Of a stretch of 62,860 nucleotides of DNA, positions 56,984-62,860 are shown piece by piece. The notes beneath the pieces were generated by a model, which did no database searches, was not told the origin of the DNA, and was given only the letters and a program-made list of their open reading frames with translations. Source of the stretch: a virus (lineage: Duplodnaviria; Caudoviricetes); the IMG/VR virus record IMGVR_UViG_3300032282_002104, positions 1-62,860 of that record, one strand, 5' to 3'. A program made the translations under genes and the position numbers. The first letter of the stretch is position 1. The number at the start of each line of letters is the position of its first letter.

Positions 56984-58909
56984 ATGGCTTACACAGTTAA
57001 TAACACCCAGGGTAGCGTAGTAGCTACTGTAGCAGACGGTACTATAGATACTAGTACCACTAGTATTACCTTTATAGGTAAAAACTACGCTGGTTATGGT
57101 GAAATTCAAAACGAAAACTTCCTAAAATTAATGGAAAATTTCGCTAATCCTACACAACCCAGCACACCACAGGCTGGACAATGCTGGTGGGATACTAGTA
57201 CAACTCTGTTAAAAGTCTGGAGCGGATCCCAATGGAAAAACGTTGGTAGCGCCACAGCCAGCGCCACAGCACCCTCAGGTCCAAATCAGGGCGATCTCTG
57301 GTACGACACAACTAACAAACAACTTAAAGCCTATAACAGCACAAGCACAAACTGGGACTTAATTGGTCCAGATTATACCGCAGCACAACAACTTAGCGGA
57401 CAAGCAATTCAGACTATCTCTGATGGGGTATCAGACCATGTTGTAGTTTACATCTATGTTGCTAGTGTACTTTTAGCAATCTGGAGCAAGGATGCTACAT
57501 TTACACCAAGCCCAAGCATTACTGGTTTTAGTGTAATTAATCCTGGTATTAACTTTAACTCTAGTATTTCAGGTATTAGGTTTGCAGGTACTGCTAGCAA
57601 CTCAGATTTACTAGACAACCTAGATAGCACACAATTTTTAAGATCAGATGTTTCTGATAGCACAGATGGTCAATTAACCATTAACAATAACTCTGGTCTA
57701 ATAGTTGGAACCAGTAACGATTTTACTGTAACAGTAAGTGGCACCAGTAGTATAATTGGCACCACCACAGGTAACCTAAATCTAACGCCAGTAGCTGGTG
57801 CAAGCACTGTGATATCTAGTAATTTATTAGCAACTGCAAGTACAGCTAGTACAAGTTCAGCAACTGGTGCTGTAAGAGTAACTGGCGGTGTTGGTATTGG
57901 TGGCAACTTATTTGTAGGCAGTGCTGCTACTATTGGTGGTAACTTAACCCTAACTGGCGGTACTATTAATAGTACTGGTGGAGTTAGCATTTCAGGTAAC
58001 CTAAGTGCAGGTAATATTAGCACAACAGGTGAACTTGCAGCTAACATTACAAGCACTGGAACTAGTTCTTTTGCAACTGCTAATGTTAGTACATTAGCAA
58101 ACATTACATCAACTACAGCTAGTACAAGCACAACAACTGGTGCATTACAAGTAGCTGGTGGCGTTGGTATTGTAGGTAATGTTAATGCTGGTAATGTAAG
58201 CGCAACCAATGTAACTGGCACGTTAACAACGGCTGCACAACCTAATGTAACAAGTTTAGGTACATTAACTGGATTAACTGTTAACGGCGTTACTACTATA
58301 TCAGGTGCTAACCTAATAGTTAATAGCACCCAGGTTGATTTTACAGATATTAATTTAACAGTAGCTAAAGGTGCTACAGCAGCAGGAGCCAGCGGTGGTG
58401 GTTTAACTGTAGATGGTGCTGGCGCCACACTGACTTATGATAACTCAGATGCAACCTGGAACCTAAACATAATAACTAAATTTGCTAGTGGTATTAAAGT
58501 TTTAGGCAGTGTGGCAAGTACAGGTTACACCACAGGTGCAGCAGTAATAACAGGTGGTTTAGGTGTTTCAGGTAATGTATATACCAATGGTAATATTTTC
58601 TCCAACGGTGATGTTGTAGCATACGCAAGTTCAGATGCTAGATTAAAAACCAATGTTAAGAATATTACTAATGCCTTAGAAAAAATTAGCAAAATTAACG
58701 GTGTTACTTTTGATTGGATTACACCAACACCAGATCGTAACCGTACTGAAGCAGGTTTAATTGCTCAGGAAATTCAAGCAGTATTGCCTGAAGTTGTAAC
58801 TACCAGAGAAGATGGTATGTTAGCGGTCAAGTACGACAGAGTGATATCATTATTAATTGAAGCCATAAAAGAACTAAAAGCTGAAGTAGATCAACTAAAA
58901 GGGCAATAA
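56984..58909 (+). CDS. Tail fibre protein 2 with C-terminal intramolecular chaperone (peptidase S74-type)
   Basis: Paralogous N-terminus; SSDARLKTNV...GLIAQEIQAVLPEVV...Y......LIEAIKEL. Confidence 0.85.
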   Translation: MAYTVNNTQGSVVATVADGTIDTSTTSITFIGKNYAGYGEIQNENFLKLMENFANPTQPSTPQAGQCWWDTSTTLLKVWSGSQWKNVGSATASATAPSGPNQGDLWYDTTNKQLKAYNSTSTNWDLIGPDYTAAQQLSGQAIQTISDGVSDHVVVYIYVASVLLAIWSKDATFTPSPSITGFSVINPGINFNSSISGIRFAGTASNSDLLDNLDSTQFLRSDVSDSTDGQLTINNNSGLIVGTSNDFTVTVSGTSSIIGTTTGNLNLTPVAGASTVISSNLLATASTASTSSATGAVRVTGGVGIGGNLFVGSAATIGGNLTLTGGTINSTGGVSISGNLSAGNISTTGELAANITSTGTSSFATANVSTLANITSTTASTSTTTGALQVAGGVGIVGNVNAGNVSATNVTGTLTTAAQPNVTSLGTLTGLTVNGVTTISGANLIVNSTQVDFTDINLTVAKGATAAGASGGGLTVDGAGATLTYDNSDATWNLNIITKFASGIKVLGSVASTGYTTGAAVITGGLGVSGNVYTNGNIFSNGDVVAYASSDARLKTNVKNITNALEKISKINGVTFDWITPTPDRNRTEAGLIAQEIQAVLPEVVTTREDGMLAVKYDRVISLLIEAIKELKAEVDQLKGQ

Positions 58910-58912
58910 TCG

Positions 58913-60472
58913 ATGCCATACAGCAGTAAAGTACCAACTCAGGGCATTATTAGATTAAGCCAACTTCAGGAAGAATATGGTGGAAATAATCCTATCTCCC
59001 TGGGTGAGTATTATAGAAATGGATCGTATGTAACAGATATTGGTGTTAATTCTGGTGTACCTACTTCAGGTCAAACAAGTATGCGTCTTTTTTATGGTAC
59101 TGCTAAATCAGTAACACCAGCCATAACTACATCATATACCGTACCAGGAACATATACCTACGAAGTGCCAGCTACAGTAAGTAGTTTGGACATAAGTGCA
59201 ACGGGCGGTGGGTCTAGTACTGCAACAACTACTAAAGCTGTACCAGTAACAGCTGGTGATTTAGTTAGTATTCAAGTTGGCTTAGGCGGGTCCAGTTCCA
59301 CAGTTTATCCAGCAACACTTCCTGGAACATATCCAGGATTCTTAAACGCCTACGGTATCTGGAATTCGGGCATGAGCGGTGATGTTTTTGATCAAACCTG
59401 GAGTGTTTATTTCCCTACAACTGGTCTTTATGTAATTACCGCTACAGCCGATAATGCCCATTCCATTTATATAGATGGAAATACTGTTAATACCGGTAGT
59501 AATTGGGGAATTGTAGTAACTACAACATATAGTGTTACCCAGGGAATCCACTCTGTCAGAGTGTATGCTGAAGACTGGGGAATGCCAGCTAGTGTTGGGG
59601 TAGTAATAAGTGAAGGTTACGATTACACAACAGGACAAGTATTTACTACTAGGAATCCTAACGGTATAGGCACTGCTAGCTCAGCTACAGTGGCTGGTAG
59701 AACAGTTAATAATGCAGGTGGTTTTGGAACAAATGTCGGACAAGTTAGTATCACAGCACACGGCACAACTACTTATTCTACTGCAGGTGTTTATACATAC
59801 ACAGTTCCAACTGGTACAACATCAGTTTCCATTGCTGTAACTGGTGCGGGTGGGGGCGGTGGTGGATCAGATTCAGCTGGCCCAGGTGGTCCAGGTGGTG
59901 CTGGAACTACAGTTTCAGGAACTTTATCAGTTACTGGTGGGGATGTTCTTACTTTGTACATAGGTGGCGGCGGCGGCGCCGGGGGTGGTGGACAGGGGAC
60001 AGGTGCTGGTGCTGCGGGTATTTCTCAAGACCCAGGCGGTTACGCTGGTGGGCGTGGAGGTAATTCTGGTCCGAATCGCGGCCCAAGTGGAGGAGGTGCC
60101 GGCGGTGGTGCGGTTACTACATTATGGAAAAACGGAACTAGGTTGGTAGTAGCTGGCGGTGGTGGTGGCGGTGGTGGGGGTTCCTGGAACCGTAGCGCCT
60201 ATCCTGGTCTCACCAACACTGGTGGAAGTGGCAGCATTAATGGCGCGGCAGGAGTAGATTTTAGCGGTGATGGCGGTGGCGGTGGCGGTGGTGGTGGTGG
60301 TGTTGATGGTGGTTATGGCGGTGCGGGTGGCGGCGATAACGACAATGGTGGTCAGGGCGGCGGTGGTGGAACAAGTTTAGTTCCATCAGGTTGGACCAGT
60401 GCTAATGGACTTAATGGAGCTGCTGCACAGGGAACAAATGGTGGTGCCGGCAGAGTTACTATTTCCTTCTAA
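58913..60472 (+). CDS. Glycine-rich adhesin (gp38-like) with PA14-like insert (519 aa)
   Basis: N-terminal I.LS.LQ.EYGG.NPISL.EYY; TADN...IYIDG segment; polyglycine C-terminal domain. Confidence 0.65.
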   Translation: MPYSSKVPTQGIIRLSQLQEEYGGNNPISLGEYYRNGSYVTDIGVNSGVPTSGQTSMRLFYGTAKSVTPAITTSYTVPGTYTYEVPATVSSLDISATGGGSSTATTTKAVPVTAGDLVSIQVGLGGSSSTVYPATLPGTYPGFLNAYGIWNSGMSGDVFDQTWSVYFPTTGLYVITATADNAHSIYIDGNTVNTGSNWGIVVTTTYSVTQGIHSVRVYAEDWGMPASVGVVISEGYDYTTGQVFTTRNPNGIGTASSATVAGRTVNNAGGFGTNVGQVSITAHGTTTYSTAGVYTYTVPTGTTSVSIAVTGAGGGGGGSDSAGPGGPGGAGTTVSGTLSVTGGDVLTLYIGGGGGAGGGGQGTGAGAAGISQDPGGYAGGRGGNSGPNRGPSGGGAGGGAVTTLWKNGTRLVVAGGGGGGGGGSWNRSAYPGLTNTGGSGSINGAAGVDFSGDGGGGGGGGGGVDGGYGGAGGGDNDNGGQGGGGGTSLVPSGWTSANGLNGAAAQGTNGGAGRVTISF

Positions 60473-60487
60473 GCATAAGTATATATT

Positions 60488-61966
60488 ATGGCATACACAG
60501 TAAACAATACACAAGGCGCAGTAGTTGCAACCGTAGCAGAAAATACGTTTGATACTACAACTAGCCTGACTTTAATTGGTCAGAATAAATCAAATTTCGG
60601 TGAAAAATTTAACGAAAACATGATATTCTTGCTTGAGAATTTTGCTAATTCAAGCGCACCAGCCAGTGCTATAACTGGTCAACTCTGGTGGGATACTGCA
60701 TCAAAACTGTTAAAAATTAATACAAGTGCTACATCTACAGCAACTTGGAAAGTGGTTGGAGCCCCAACATCAAGTGCATCAGCACCCACAAGCCCAACAC
60801 CTATCACAGGTGACTTTTGGTATGACACTACTAATAAACAACTTAAAGTTTATAGTGGTACAGGCTGGGATTTAATTGGTCCAGATTACACTAGCTCACA
60901 GGGATTAAGTGGACAGAAGGTGAACACTTTAAGCGATGGCGTAGCTAACCACGTTGTTGTAGAATTTTGGATTGGTGGTACGTTAGTGGCTATTTTCAGC
61001 AAAGATAGCACATTTACTCCAGTTCCATCCATAGCAGGATTTACAACTATTAGTCCAGGATTTAGTTACAGTAGTTCAGTTTCAGGTGTAACTGCTGGTA
61101 ATGCAGCAACTCTAAACGGATTAAGCTCTAGCCAGTTTTTAAGATCTGATATTGCTACAACCAACAGCAATACTACCGCATCAAGTAGTACAACAACAGG
61201 TGCATTGGTTGTAACAGGTGGTGTTGGTATCGGTGGTAACTTGTATGTTAGCGCCAATATTGTTGCTGGTAACCTCACTGTTAATAGTGTTAATGTACTT
61301 AATGCAGTAAGTGTAGTTAGTGCCCAAATAGCTACTAATTCAGCTAACATGACAAGTATTGATACAAAGTTAAGCAATGCAGTCAGTGCCGTTAGCGCAC
61401 AATTAACTAGCGTTAAAAATAATTTACAAAGTGCAATCAATACAGTTAGCGCACAGGTAAGTGCTCTAGTAGCAGGTAACTTAAGTTTGGGTGCAGTAGC
61501 ATCCAATATCCTTCCTACCACAAACAATACCTATGTTATAGGTAATACTTCTTATCGTTGGGCCAATGTCTGGGCTGGTAATTTTTATGGTACAGCAAGT
61601 TCAGCAGCTTATGCTGACTTAGCTGAAAAGTTTGTACCAGATGCAAACTACCCAGAAGGTACTGTAGTTATGGTGGGCGGCGAAAAAGAAATTACTGCTT
61701 GCCAATTAGAATCCAAAGCCATTGGTGCTATTAGTTTGAAACCAGCCTATGGCATGAATAATGATTTAGAAAATGGTGTTTTCGTAGCATTAAAAGGACG
61801 GGTACCAGTCAGAGTAATTGGTCCAGTCTACAAAGGAAACGAATTGGTGCCAGCAGAAGCTGGCAGAGCTCAGGCACTGGGTAATTCAGGTGGAAAAGTA
61901 TTTGGTGTAGCCCTAGAAACCAATACTGATTCAGCTGAAAAAACTATAGAAGCTCTGATATTATAA
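60488..61966 (+). CDS. Tail fibre protein 3 (492 aa) with ADLAE-type C-terminal domain
   Basis: Paralogous N-terminus; YADLAEKF..D..Y..GTVV..GG.KEIT...VALKGRVPVRV. Confidence 0.75.
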   Translation: MAYTVNNTQGAVVATVAENTFDTTTSLTLIGQNKSNFGEKFNENMIFLLENFANSSAPASAITGQLWWDTASKLLKINTSATSTATWKVVGAPTSSASAPTSPTPITGDFWYDTTNKQLKVYSGTGWDLIGPDYTSSQGLSGQKVNTLSDGVANHVVVEFWIGGTLVAIFSKDSTFTPVPSIAGFTTISPGFSYSSSVSGVTAGNAATLNGLSSSQFLRSDIATTNSNTTASSSTTTGALVVTGGVGIGGNLYVSANIVAGNLTVNSVNVLNAVSVVSAQIATNSANMTSIDTKLSNAVSAVSAQLTSVKNNLQSAINTVSAQVSALVAGNLSLGAVASNILPTTNNTYVIGNTSYRWANVWAGNFYGTASSAAYADLAEKFVPDANYPEGTVVMVGGEKEITACQLESKAIGAISLKPAYGMNNDLENGVFVALKGRVPVRVIGPVYKGNELVPAEAGRAQALGNSGGKVFGVALETNTDSAEKTIEALIL

Positions 61967-61969
61967 ATA
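61962..61969 (+). promoter_or_regulatory. T4-type late promoter TATAAATA overlapping the upstream stop codon
   Basis: Perfect consensus. Confidence 0.7.
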
Positions 61970-61988
61970 CATGAACAGGTTAGAATAA

Positions 61989-62858
61989 ATGACATACGCT
62001 GCCGGGCAAACAATTCTTAGAGATGAATATAATATTTTCGCAACTGGTGCGGCAGATGGAACAGCTACCAATTCAGGAAATATTAACAATATCTGGGGAG
62101 CCGGAAATGGCAACTCAGGCTACGGACAAAGCACCACATTAACCGCAGTTAGTACTGGTAATACAATCACTGCCACCCAATGGGCCAACATGGTTGCCCG
62201 TTTGGATAGTATTAGTAAACATCAGACTGGTTCAGGCTACACTCCAGCAACAGGCCCAAACCCTATTACAGCTGGTAGTACAATTACTGCTGTATCAGAT
62301 TTAGCGACCAAACTATCTACTCTGTATACTAACAGATTGGTCTATACCGCTCAGGGTACTAATGCTACAAGCACAACTACTCCAGCAACCTGGAATAGTG
62401 CAACACCAACAACCTTTACCATAGTAAGAACATTTACTTTTGCTGACGAAAACTCAGCCAGATACTTTTTTAATTCTGGTGGACAAATTGGTATAACTTT
62501 TGCAACTGCTAGTGCTGCTGACACTGACAAAGAAATTAAAATGGCAGAACTAATTGCCAGTGTAGGTACTCATTATCTCAGAGCTAATAGCTGTACCAGA
62601 TCAGGTACAGGTAATACTCAGACAACTTTTAACTCAGCTACTGGTTATTACGACCTAACTCTTACGGCAACCACTGCTTTAAAGTTAACTGAGGATACTG
62701 CACCTTATACTACAAACACCATAGATATAAAGTGGAGTACCAATGCTCTTAATGCTTCTGGATTGGGTGGAAAAGGCAATATTATAACCTGTACTATTGT
62801 ATTAACTGAAAATGCAACTGACGACTTTAATGATGCATTTAACTTCACAATTACCACC
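61989..62858 (+). CDS. Virion structural protein, 3'-truncated by window edge
   Basis: Read manually: MTYAAGQTILRDEYNIFATG...WGAGNGNSGYGQ...RYFFNSGGQI; open to the window end. Confidence 0.75.
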   Translation, partial: MTYAAGQTILRDEYNIFATGAADGTATNSGNINNIWGAGNGNSGYGQSTTLTAVSTGNTITATQWANMVARLDSISKHQTGSGYTPATGPNPITAGSTITAVSDLATKLSTLYTNRLVYTAQGTNATSTTTPATWNSATPTTFTIVRTFTFADENSARYFFNSGGQIGITFATASAADTDKEIKMAELIASVGTHYLRANSCTRSGTGNTQTTFNSATGYYDLTLTATTALKLTEDTAPYTTNTIDIKWSTNALNASGLGGKGNIITCTIVLTENATDDFNDAFNFTITT

Positions 62859-62860
62859 AC

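Noticed and set aside
53670-61527. Antisense ORFs over the fibre genes (e.g. 57670..58428, 54114..54647, 61066..61527)
   Set aside because: Shadow frames of Gly/Thr/Ala-rich coding sequence.
1-62860. Alternative genetic code (stop-codon reassignment)
   Set aside because: Core genes, including the 4434-aa ORF, are intact under the standard code and tile the window densely.

Overview
A 62.9-kb, AT-rich segment of a large T4-like (myovirus-type) tailed phage genome using the standard code. All product calls come from motif and synteny recognition, not database searches. Left to right: minus-strand fibre/virion genes; an accessory block (GH19 endolysin, glycosyltransferase-like, 2OG-Fe(II)-like and fatty-acid-desaturase genes, a second GH19); the head module (gp23, gp22, gp21, acidic core protein, gp20); probable internal head proteins and a tape-measure-like gene; a gp26-like/gp51-like pair; a ~400-nt structured non-coding region; a recombination/late-sigma block (resolvase-like, Hc1-like, gp46, gp47, gp55); and a plus-strand baseplate and fibre operon (gp48/54-, gp53-, gp27-, gp5-, gp25-, gp6-like, a 4434-aa gp7-like protein, three paralogous fibres, two Gly-rich adhesins). 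No tRNA, CRISPR array, reverse transcriptase, integrase or transposase was seen. The best leads are: (1) a candidate large structured ncRNA or origin at 23620-24020; (2) an in-frame -1 slippery site joining the gp26-like and gp51-like ORFs, resembling lambda G/GT, next to the tape measure gene; (3) recurrent leaderless late genes (TAAATA-N4-8-ATG); (4) a late promoter embedded in the sigma70 promoter of the late sigma gene; (5) capsid-targeting-like N-termini on a muramidase and membrane-segment proteins; (6) two structured late 5' leaders; (7) a late-expressed desaturase/oxygenase/glycosyltransferase-like cassette.
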